Origin: Camelus ferus
Taxonomy: Eukaryota
Assembly: GCF_009834535.1 (NCBI RefSeq)
Contig: NC_045727.1
Location: 10,664,001-10,728,000 of the forward strand
Reading direction: 5' to 3'
DNA length: 64,000 nt
Positions 36,057-64,000 of this stretch are shown in pieces (the stretch's first letter is position 1; the number at the start of each line of letters is the position of its first letter). The notes below the pieces were generated by a model. It saw nothing but the letters and a program-made list of their open reading frames with translations. It did not search any database and was not told the origin of the DNA. The position numbers and the translations under genes were made by a program.

Positions 36057-36599
36057 CTGTGAAGTGTGGTTTCCTCATCTCCCAGTGGCCACTTCAACTT
36101 CAAGATGTCTTTTAACACTTGAGTCTGCACCGAGTACCCATGTCAACCAGGTGGGAATTCCTACTGAGCCAGCCTGCGTAGTAACTCCACACCTGTGCTA
36201 ATCCGGGCCTTCCTATGCTCTTACTCATTCATGTAAAACAAACTTGTATTATACGCTGCACATTGAGCTGGGCACGGGGTCAAAGATGCCCAGTCAAGTC
36301 CCTGCCATGGAGACCTCAGGACACAATTAAAATATAAGGTGGTGTGCAACTGTCACTCCCAAAGTCAACTAAAAAGAATGCAAACTGATACAACTATTTA
36401 TGGAAGGCAATTTGTCATTCTGCACTCAGAGCCCTAAAACAGACTGTCCTTTGATGCAAAGTTCTGATTAATCTTCTCTACAGCAGAGATGCAAAAATAA
36501 ATTGATGTCCAAATATGCACAAGAAAATGCTGCTTACAATATTAAAACTGGAAATAACCAAATGCCCCAAAACAGAGGATTAATTAAGATTTGAAACTC

Positions 36600-37530
36600 T
36601 GCCAACATTAAAGATCAAGTGTTCAAAGGACATTCAACAATTAGCAAAAATGCACACAATTTATGGCATGAAAGGAGAAAACCAGGATAAAAAAATTACA
36701 TATTTGTCTGGCAGTTCCTCAAAAGGTTAAACATGGAATTGACCATATGACCCAGCAAGTCCACTCCTAGAGAAACAAAATCAAGTGTCCACACAAATAC
36801 TTGTACACATATGTCCATAGCAGCGTTATTCATATTATCTACAAAATGCAAATACCTACCAAGTGATGAATGGATAAATAGAATGAGGTATATCCAAACC
36901 ATGGAATAGTATTTGACAATAAAAAGGAATGAATTGGGTGATGGAAATGTTTTAAAATCAATAATGGTAATGCTTGCACAACTCTGCAAATATACTAAGA
37001 GTAACTGAATTGTATACTTTAAACAGGTGAGTTGTATGGTAAAATTGTTTAACAGAAATAGGGATGAAGTTCTGACACGTGCTACCACAGGAATGAACCT
37101 TGGAAACACTGTGAGCAGTGAATGAAGCCAGTCATAAGGACCACATATTGTATGATTCCATTCACGAGATGTTCAGAATTGGCAAATACAGAGACAAAAT
37201 GTCCGTGAGAGATTGCCTCCAGCTGGGAGATGGGAGGGGCTGGAGATTGACAGCTAAAGGCTGTGGGTTTCTTTGGTGGATAAAAATGTTCTAAAATGGA
37301 CTGTTGTGGTGGTTGCACAACTCTGTGAATATAGGAAAAAAAATCACTGGATTGTACACCACTTTAAATGGGTGATGTATACGTGAATTATATCTCAAGA
37401 AAACTTATCAAAAAATCATATTATTTGGCTCAAAATGTGTTTAAAAATGTATCAATGTATACACTAGGAGAAAAATGAAAAAGATCACCCTCCCCACACA
37501 CATATTAACAATGACCATCTCTAGGAGGTG
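36600..37530 (+). mobile_element. Old LINE-1 (L1MB/MC-like) 3' UTR between LRRC74B and TUBA3
   Basis: tctggcagttcctcaaaaggttaaacatggaattgaccatatgacccagcaagtccactcctag...atgaaccttggaaacactgtgagcagtgaatgaagccagtcataagg. Confidence 0.8.
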
Positions 37531-38452
37531 GGCTTACGGATTTTTACTTTCATTCCTTTATATTTTTCTGCATTTTTCACACTTCCTACTCTAAGTATGT
37601 GTCGCTTTTATACTCGGAAAGATATACAGTATTTAAGAACACGGTGGAATAGGTGGCATGGCGTGGTCGCAGCCCTGGCCAGGACGGGGGCGCTGCACAC
37701 TGAATCGCGCTCCTCCGACGAGGCTCAGCCACAGTGACCGCACGGAAAGCCAGGACATAATCAGGGTCGCAGAGGCCCTGAAGGTGGGGCCCCGGCCCCG
37801 CAGGATTAGCGCCCTCGGAAGCGCGGGCTCGGTCAGCCGAGTGAACCCGGAAGGGGCCGACCCTCCGAGGGGACGGTCACCTCCAGAGACCAGGGTCCCA
37901 GCCTCGAAGAGCCCTTCCCGCCGCTGCACCCCCTCCCCGCGCCCCTAGAAGCCAAGGAAAGCCAGCCCGGCCATCCTCACGGGATGGTCCGCCCTCCACA
38001 GTGGGCACTGCGCGTCCCAGCCCTGGGATGGGGCCGGGGCTCCGCCCTACCCAGCTCCCTGTAGCGGGCGGTGTAAACCAGGCGGCCGAGCCCGCGAAGA
38101 CCCGATAGGGAGCGGGGTCCCGGGCCAGCAGCACTAGGTGGTGAGCGCCCTGCGGCCGCGCTGACCTGAGGGCAGGGGTTGCGCGGGAGCTCCCGGCTGC
38201 ACTCCACTCTGCGCGACCCACGACCTCGCAGCCTTCCCGCCAAGCCCACATCCAATCAGAACGCACCACTCTCCGCGGGTCGCGCGTCGGCCAATCGGGA
38301 GTGGGGTTCTGGGCCTCGGCCCACCCCACGGCATCCGGGACCAATGGTCGCCGGCGGCGAGTGGGCGGAGCGCGCGGCGAGCCGGCGGCGGCGGCGGCAG
38401 TTAAGCATTAGCAGCGGTTGAGGTTGGAGCGGCGGCGGCGACTGAACTCACC

Positions 38453-43863
<5,411 letters not shown>

Positions 43864-43925
43864 CCGTGAGGCATGGCTGGCGGCCCCGTACCCCGCGACT
43901 ATAACGTTACAGAATGTATTTACCT

Positions 43926-43931
43926 ATTAAA
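43926..43931 (+). terminator. TUBA3: TUBA3 poly(A) signal ATTAAA
   Basis: 62 nt after the stop codon and followed by U/GU-rich sequence. Confidence 0.7.
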
Positions 43932-44099
43932 GTTTCTGTTTGGCACCGTCTGGTCCTGTGCTGCACTTCGCCCTCACTCCCATCCCGATACCAGCCTTCT
44001 CCGAGCGGGTTTCTAGGGAAAACACACTTTTCCGCCGACAGAGAAAACGAAGCTCGTCCGTGTTGAGCTGCGGCCTCGCTCCCGGAGTACGGCTCGGCC

Positions 44100-44718
44100 G
44101 GGAACCAGAGAAGCTGTCATGTCTGACGTCCTCAGCGCTCCTCGGAGTCGCGAAGCGGTCTGGACCGGGTCGGCACCGCGTCCACGCTGTCTGGGGAAGG
44201 GAGCGCAAAGGAGGTTGGGCGGCCCCGACCCGCTCTGGAGCCGCTGCCCCAAAGTCGGCCTCCCGGCACTTCCCCACCCGCCCCAGCCGGCGCACCTACC
44301 CTTGCTGAAGTTACGCTTGCGGGCTTCGCTGGGCCTCCGCCTCACAGAGCCAGGGTCGTTTCCGACGCAGGCGCTTACGTCCCGGGCGGCCAGCGAGCGT
44401 CCAGCCGCCGCGCGGCGCTGACTCGTTCCTTCCGGGGCGCGGCCCGCCCCTCCGGCGAGGTCAGCTCGCTTCCGTGTCTCTATGGTCCCGACTTCCGCCG
44501 CGAGTCACACCTCGCGAGATTTCGGCCGTGCAGCAATGGCGAGACCGTGAGTGTCGCTTATAGAGTCGGGAGAACGTGCTGGGACGGGGCTCGGGCGAGA
44601 TCGGGCCGGAGGAGATCCGCTAGGCCGGGGCCGCCTGGAGCGGGGTGTTGGCGGGGGGGGGCGAGCGCCCTTTGGGCCCGGACAGCCGCCCGCGACCGAT
44701 CTCCCGCCTCTTCCCTAG
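44100..44718 (+). promoter_or_regulatory. THAP7: THAP7 CpG-island promoter and putative non-coding exon 1 (donor after 44546)
   Basis: CTTCCG ETS cores, BANP-like CCTCGCGAGA at 44510-44519, donor acc|GTGAGT at 44547, and acceptor cttccctag| directly before the ATG. Confidence 0.7.
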
Positions 44719-46677
44719 ATGCCGCGTCACTGCTCCGCCGCCGGCTGCTGCACACGGGACACGCGCGAGACGCGCAACCGCGGCATCTCTTTCCACAGGT
44801 CAGCGCGCTTGCGCGCCGGCGCTCGCAGGGTCACGTGCGCATGCGTCTGTCCGGCCCGCCGCGAGGAGCCACGACTGCGCACGCGCCTCGGCGCCAAGCG
44901 AGACAGTGGGAGGGTCGCGGTGCTTGAGGGGTGCTTGCTGGGGGCGGTCAGCTGTCCCCGGGCCCGCTGCCCCGACTCCTACCTGTCCGATGTCGCCGAG
45001 CAAGTCCCTTTCGCTCTTGAGTCCTCAGTTTCCGCATCTATGCGCGTGCAGGGTACTCGCGTCGTCTAGGGGAGGCATGAGCATTGCCGGCCCTTCCGGT
45101 CCAGGACCTTGGGCGGCGCGAGCCCGGGGCCTCAGGTACGCCGAAGCTGACGGGCTTCTGGCCCCGCAGACTTCCGAAGAAGGACAACCCGAGGCGAGGC
45201 TTGTGGTTGGCCAACTGCCAGAGGCTGGACCCCAGCGGCCAGGGCTTGTGGGACCCGGCATCCGAGTACATCTATTTCTGCTCCAAACACTTCGAGGAGA
45301 ACTGCTTTGAGCTGGTGGGAATCAGGTGAGCTTCATGGCAGCCGGCTGTGAGGAGAGGGGGCGGGCATCGGGGCAGTTGCCGGCTATAGAGAGGTTCCTG
45401 GAGCGGCAGCCCTGGTTCTCCCCAGCTCGGAGCTTCAGTGTCCACTCACGACAGAGGAGGGGAGTGGGCTCCACCCCTCAGGATCACTGTGCTAGTGGGT
45501 GCTCCCCAGAACCCTGCAGGTGCACAAATGAAATCATGTGTCTTGGCTCTGGTGGAGACTTTGCATACACTCACTCTGAAGAGTCCTGCAGGGAAGAGAT
45601 TGGTGCATCTCTTAACTTGGTATTCCCCAGACTCACGGTTTGCCCTGTGCCTCCCCAGCTCCCACTGAGCTAGTTGGGGATGGGTTCAGGACCCTGTTGG
45701 CTCCAAACCCCTGCAGGTGGACCTGGGGCAGCAGCACTTTTTCCCACCTCATACAGACTGCTTTCCCCCACAGTGGGTATCACAGGCTGAAGGAGGGAGC
45801 AGTTCCCACCATATTCGAGTCTTTTTCCAAGTTGCGTCGAACGACCAAGACCAAGGGGCACAGTTACTCCTCTGGTCCCCCGGATGTTAGCCGGCTCCGG
45901 CGATGCAGGAAACGGTATGTGCTGTGCCTGGGGGCTGCCCCACCCCACCTCAGGTCTGAGGGATGGGCTTTAAGGGGTCTGCCAGCAGCCTTGCTGGACA
46001 GGGTTCTGAGCATGTAGAATGGCTTCAGGGGTGGGGGTCAGCTGGGCTGGTGGAGTGGGGTCATGTACTCCCTAAGCTGGCCTGGCTTGTCAGTCTGTCT
46101 GTCTTCCCTCAGCTGCTCGGAGGGCCGAGGGCCCACAACTCCATTTTCTCCGCCTCCCCCTGCTGACGTCACCTGCTTCCCGGTGGAAGAGGCCTCGGCC
46201 CCTGCGGCTTTGCCTGCCTCCCCCTCTGGGAGGCTGGAGCCTGGCCTCAGCAGCCCCTTCTCAGACCTACTAGGACCCCTGGGTGCCCAGGCAGACGAAG
46301 CAGGCTGCAGCACCCAGCCCTCACCCGAGCGGGAGCCAGAGCGGCAGCCATCCCCTCTAGAGCCACGACCCGTCTCCCCCTCGGCCTACATGCTGCGCCT
46401 CCCACCGCCCGCTGGAGCCTACATCCAGAGTGAGCACAGCTACCAGGTGGGCAGCGCCTTGCTCTGGAAGCGGCGGGCTGAGGCTGCACTGGATGCCCTG
46501 GACAAGGCCCAGCGCCAGCTGCAGGCCTGCAAGCGGCGGGAGCAGCGGCTGAGGCTGCGGCTGACCAAGCTGCAGCAGGAGCGGGCACGGGAGAAGCGGG
46601 CGCAGGCGGATGCCCGCCAGACTCTGAAGGACCATGTGCAGGACTTCGCCATGCAGCTGAGCAGCAGCATGGTTTGA
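44719..46677 (+). CDS. THAP7: THAP domain-containing protein 7 (313 aa); exons 44719-44798, 45170-45325, 45774-45914, 46113-46677
   Basis: MPRHCSAAGC...FCSKHF...AVPTIF C2CH THAP zinc finger, EHSY HCF-binding motif and a C-terminal coiled coil; total 942 nt in frame. Confidence 0.97.
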
Positions 46678-46777
46678 GCGAGGGGCTGCCCGCCAGGGCT
46701 CTGGCCTCCTTCTGCATCAGAATCCACCTGGAGAGGGACCTGATCTGAGCTTGTCCACTGGACCTGCCAGATGCCAT

Positions 46778-46783
46778 AATAAA
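46778..46783 (+). terminator. THAP7: THAP7 poly(A) signal AATAAA
   Basis: Canonical hexamer 100 nt after the stop codon. Confidence 0.8.
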
Positions 46784-47548
46784 GTGGATTCTAGAAAGAG
46801 ACCCTGCTTTCTGGCTCTATTGGGGACTAGAACCCTTCTCACTGGTCCTAGGCCCTTTCCCCTAGAGGAATCAGACCTTGGAGTCCAGGTTTGGCTGTGA
46901 AGAGCAGGAAGCCCAGCTCTTGGCCACAACTCCCCAGGCATCTCTGTGCCACAGAGGGTTCTCTGAGAGACATGTGCTGTGCATGGAGGTCAAGGGCAAG
47001 GCCGGACACCCTTTCCTGGGTTCCGAAACAGCCTGGCCTCAGCCTGCTGGCCTCTTTGAAAACACTTAGAAAACCCAGGCTAGACTCAGGTCCTTTTCAG
47101 GGACATAACAGGCTTCTGTCCCCAGACCCAGTATGCCCAGCAGTCAGACCTGGCAGTCAGAGCCCCAGCTGCTGGGCAGCCCCCTACTCACAACCAGGCC
47201 TGTCTCATCCGAAAAACGGCTGAGAACGTTGATCACTGACCTGGGGCTGCTGTGCTGGGCAGGTAGTGCGGGTTCCACAGTGACCTTCCTGGTCCCTGGA
47301 GGTCTGGGGTGAACGTGTGGGGAGCAGAGGAATAGGCACATGGGCAGCAGTCCTGGCCTCAACCTGTGTCCTCACTTTCCTTCACTTCAGCTGGAACGTG
47401 GACAGCCTCCCTGCACCTGTGATCTGTAGCTTAGCCACACCTGTTCCCTGCTACAGGGCCTCGGCCCCAAGAGCACAGCTGATTTCTTTCCAGTTCTGGA
47501 AGTGTTTCCACTGTGTCATGAAATTTGCTTGGCCCTTGGAGTGCAACT

Positions 47549-47554
47549 TTTATT
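47549..47554 (-). terminator. LZTR1: Candidate distal LZTR1 poly(A) signal AATAAA (proximal ATTAAA at 48190-48195)
   Basis: tttatt and tttaat on the + strand, downstream of the LZTR1 stop codon. Confidence 0.55.
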
Positions 47555-48799
47555 CACATTGTGCCTGGGAGAGTCAAATGGCACTCAATAGGAGGCAGAT
47601 GCGGATAGCAGAGGGTCCAGGTGGTTCCCAAGCCTGCAAGCCAGTGGAGGCACATCTTGCCCCACCCTTTCCTCGTTTTCTGGCGGCCTGCAGGCAGGCT
47701 TCCCTTGCCCAAGGGTCTACCTGCTCATGGTCCCCAGGGCTCTTAGCAAGGCCTGAGGAGTGGCAGGTGCCACAGTTGTGCAGGCTCAACTGGAGGCCGA
47801 GAAGAGAGTTCATGTTTTCCCAAAGTGGCATTGTGTAAGCCAGGCCCGAACGGTTCAGGGAAGGAGTCGGCTTGTCCTCAAGAGTCCTAGCCCAGACAGG
47901 AGCCTACAGTGGAGTGTGCAAGCAGGGTTCACCACAGGGGCCAGGAGAGCCCCCTGGGAGTGGAACAGCACCATGCCAGCCTGTATTGTTCCCACCAGCC
48001 CTTCCCCTGCATGACTGGGCCACCCTGGGTGGGGGCAGGGGCGAGGGGCTACAGGCACAGAGAACCAGGCAAGACTGCTGATCCCAGCACCCAGGCCCCC
48101 AGCCAGGCCTAGGCTCTGGGAGGACAGAGGGCCACAACCCACCAGTGGGGACTGCACGGTGAGCTCTGTGTAGGTAGCATTGCTGTGGCTTTAATAGAGG
48201 CAAGCCTGTGACAATAAATACTTAGGGACAGGCGGGGACTGGGGGTGCATCTCTTCTGTCTTCCTGGTGCAGCCTGGGGCCCTGATGCACACACAGGCAG
48301 ATGGGATCCTGCAGGGCCTGCAGATACCCAGCCCAGTCCTGAGTGACACTTCATGGGTGGGGAGCTGACCTCAGGGCCCTTCACCCCAAAATTCATCTTC
48401 AGTCAGACTCCATCTGCCCATCAGTGTTGCCCATGCACAAGTTCCAGGTGGCAGGAGGTCCCCTTGGGTCCCTACCAGGTGGGGGACACAAAGCCGGCTC
48501 CCTGTTGGGCTCATCTCTCCCCCACCAGGCCCTGGCCAGGATCCGTCCTGCTGGGTCCTCTTTGCTGATCCCTGGCTCCCCACCCCCACCCCAGAGAGGG
48601 TGCCATTCTGGGGGCCTCCTTCCCTCTCTGCTTCCTGTGGGACCAGTGTCTTCAGCAGTAAGGTGGGACATTTGCAGCTCCCTGTCTCATGTACCCCTCA
48701 GCTCTCTGTGGGGGCCCTGGGCACCCACAGGCCTGAGTGTCGCCAGAAGTCTCCGCGGTGGCGTGGGTGGGATGGGTGAGGCCAGTACCATGTGGGCCC

Positions 48800-61450
<12,651 letters not shown>

Positions 61451-61875
61451 TCAGGATTCTCAGTTCTACTCTAGCAGCGCATCAGCTGCTTCACTGGCGA
61501 AATGGGCTTTCAGGAAGCCCAGGCTGCCATCAGGCTGGGTCTGTCTCGGACCCAGCTCCTCAGCCCTAAGTGGGCCAATGCCCCCCCAAACGGCCAAGCG
61601 ACAGCTGCCTCTGACCTCTGAAGAAGCACTTCCTGTCTCAAGCCCTTCTCTCGTGCTGTCCCCTCTACCTGGAGTGCCCTTCCTTCAAAATCCAGATCCA
61701 AGACATTGGTCTGAAGAGCCTTCCCTAACCCCGAGGACAGAGTCAGTTGCTACTGGGCACTCACAGGTGTGACACTGAGTTCTGTGGTCCTGCCTATCTC
61801 CCCATCATCTGCTTTCTCCCTGGTGAGAGTTTGCCCAGTTACAGTGGAAGTCACACAGACTGCAAATGTGTGCTT

Positions 61876-61881
61876 TTTAAT
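61876..61881 (-). terminator. AIFM3: Candidate AIFM3 poly(A) signal ATTAAA
   Basis: tttaat on the + strand, about 310 nt past the stop codon in an AT-rich patch. Confidence 0.5.
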
Positions 61882-62188
61882 TTTAAGATAATGTCTAATA
61901 TGTTGCAGGGTCCTACAGGGGACCAGTCCCAATAGAGGGAGAAGAGGCAGGGCTGGTCCCGGCTCCACCGCCAGCCATCAGTGGCACTGGGTGCCTTGGG
62001 TCGTGAGCATCTCCTGGAGGCCTCGGAGGCCTCTCTGGAGGTGAGCCAGGCAGCAGAAGGCAAGCACCGGGAGGGCTCAGGTTCTGCCCTGGAGGATCCT
62101 GGGAAACTGGAGATTGGCACATGCCCCCGGGGCTTGGGCTCTGTCCCTGGCGCCCCAGCGTGCCTGCCCAAGTCTGCTGCATGCGAGC

Positions 62189-63928
62189 TCAGGATCCTTT
62201 TCCTGTGAGCCAGGACATGTCTCCGGTCCTGCAGGAATGAGGGAGGAGGAGTGAGGACTGGAGGGAGCAGGCTCCCCTGCTGGGCAGCATGAGCAGCTGG
62301 CCCTTGAAGAGAGCAGGGAGCTGTTGGAGGCCCTGGTGCCCAGCAGGGATGTGTACTTGGGCAGAGAGGGAAAGACCACACAGTGCAGACTCTGGGCTGA
62401 GGTGGGAAAGGCTCAGAACGGTCAACAGGAAGGAGAGGACACGTACTTGCTGTGCAGCACAAACAGCCTTTGCGAAGGCAAGAGGGAGAGACAGAGAAGG
62501 CCAGGGAGAGAGCGTGTCATTCATCATGTCCCAGCCTGAGGCCCACTCTTGTCCCATGGCCTCCAGGCTTTCCCAGCCTTGGGGTCTCTATGTAGGCAGG
62601 TCGAGTCCACAGGGTGCTTCCCGTTGGCTCCATGCCAGGATGAGGGTAGTGGCTGGTGTCCAGTGTCCCTCAGACCTGAACAACCGCCCCACGATTCTGT
62701 GCAGGGTGTCCCCAGGGACACCACTAGCTGCATTTCCTCATGGTTGTTTCAATCACGTCCAGTGTGGTGTCCAGGCCCAATGACTGCACAAGTACTGGGC
62801 CTGGACCCTTCCCCACAGCACTGGTCCTGCTGTGCAAAACAGCTTCTGTCCCTTCTAGCCCCCTGGAGCACAAATAACTGGCCCACCCCCGAACCACAAC
62901 CCTTTCCCTGTTCCATGCCATACCCCTATAGCCCTGGGAGCCACAGACCTATGGGGACCCAGGGGAGGGGGGTGCAGGGGAGGGCCCTTCAGGGCTGTGG
63001 GGGCAGTTGGCTGCCAAGACCTCGGGGGACTTCTTCCCCCTCCCCAAGGTCTCCAGTGCCCACACTCACTCCACCTCCCGCTTCCGGATGGTGCGGCCTG
63101 AGGCCAGCACCTCAGCCACCTTAGACACGATGGGATCGTAGTTCATGCTGGCCACCGAGATCACCTCGTCGCCTCTGCAGGGAGAGGTGCCAAGCCTGAG
63201 GACTGTCCAGCAGCAGGCCCCATCCTTGGAGACCCTGACACACTCACGTCCACCTGGGACCCAGGGAGTCTCTCACCAGGGACAGCACCCCCTGCTGCAC
63301 ATTGAACCCCTCGGCCCAGCACAGCTTTCTGCTTCTGCGGGACCCCAAAGAGGATCCAGCCTTCCTCCCCAGTTGGGGTCTGGGCTGGGATCTGTTCTCG
63401 GATCTCTGCTCTCTACCTGTGTCACTTTCCTCGGTGTAAAAGTGGGTTGTCGTTGGGGGAAAGTACGGCTCAGTGGTAGAGAGCGTGCTTAGCATGCACG
63501 AGGTCCTGGTTCAATCCCCAGTACCTCCATTAAAAATAAAAAAATAAATAAACCTAATTACCTCCCCCCCTAAAAATTACAAAGTAATACTAATAAATAA
63601 AAGTAGGATGTTGACACCCACCTCCAAGAGCTGTCCTGAAGATAAAGCGTCCTTCAACATGGGGCGGGGCGGCTGTCACACCCTGTCCCCGCGGGCTTCT
63701 GCCTAGCGGCCTCCCTTTGCCACTCAGCCCACCTCCCACCGTCCAGAGAACCAGGTAAGCCCCTTCCTCTGGAGCAGAGCTTCTCCGGACCGTCCCCCTT
63801 CCCGACTGAGTGCCCGCTGCTTCGCGCCCGTGCTCCACCCCGTTGCTCTCACTTGGTGTAAAAAGCCACGAACTTCAGCTCGTCCAGGTCCCCTTGGATG
63901 ATGACGTCGTCGAAGCCTTCTCCGTACC
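62189..63928 (-). CDS. AIFM3: Apoptosis-inducing factor 3, last four coding exons: 63928-63853, 63174-63070, 62467-62447, 62228-62189 (5' part is outside the window)
   Basis: GYGEGFDDVIIQGDLDELKFVAFYTK / GDEVISVASMNYDPIVSKVAEVLASGRTIRKREVE / LFVLHSK / TGDMSWLTGKGS*, including the 21-nt microexon. Confidence 0.95.
63455..63600 (+). mobile_element. tRNA-derived SINE, long variant, in an AIFM3 intron
   Basis: gggggaaagtacggctcagtggtagagagcgtgcttagcatgcacgaggtcctggttcaatccccagtacctcc plus an A-tail and extension; degenerate TSD taaaagtgggttgtcg / taaaagtaggatgttg. Confidence 0.85.
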
Positions 63929-64000
63929 CTGCGGGCCAGGCGGAGGGGACGGGGCTTCACGGGTCCATGCCCAGTGTCCCTCTAACTCTGCCCTGGACCC

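Overview
GC-rich, gene-dense mammalian DNA syntenic with human 22q11.21 / mouse chr16. Six copies of a short tRNA-derived SINE suggest a camelid genome (inference). Gene order: 5' end of an alpha-tubulin-3-like gene (-, only the ATG exon is in the window), SLC7A4 (+), P2RX6 (-), LRRC74B (+), an intact testis-type TUBA3 (+), THAP7 (+), LZTR1 (-), and the last four coding exons of AIFM3 (-). I traced exons by hand from GT/AG sites and reading phase, using recalled human protein sequences; no alignment was run. The most notable hidden structure is a second, inverted TUBA3 promoter and first exon at about 2.7-3.15 kb. It shares an E2F6-NFY-NFY-NFY-MYB-ATG|GTACGG layout with the intact TUBA3 at 38.2-38.5 kb, so the two copies bracket SLC7A4-P2RX6-LRRC74B. 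Other leads: an out-of-frame upstream ATG and a frameshifted C-tail in P2RX6, RFX X-boxes in the P2RX6/LRRC74B divergent promoter, 97% GC3 in TUBA3 exon 4, a possible 87-aa overlapping ORF in THAP7, and in LZTR1 a candidate poison exon, a decayed exon-end duplicate and a 5-aa insertion. Six N gaps hide repeat sequence and parts of two exons. No CRISPR array, rRNA or true tRNA gene was seen.
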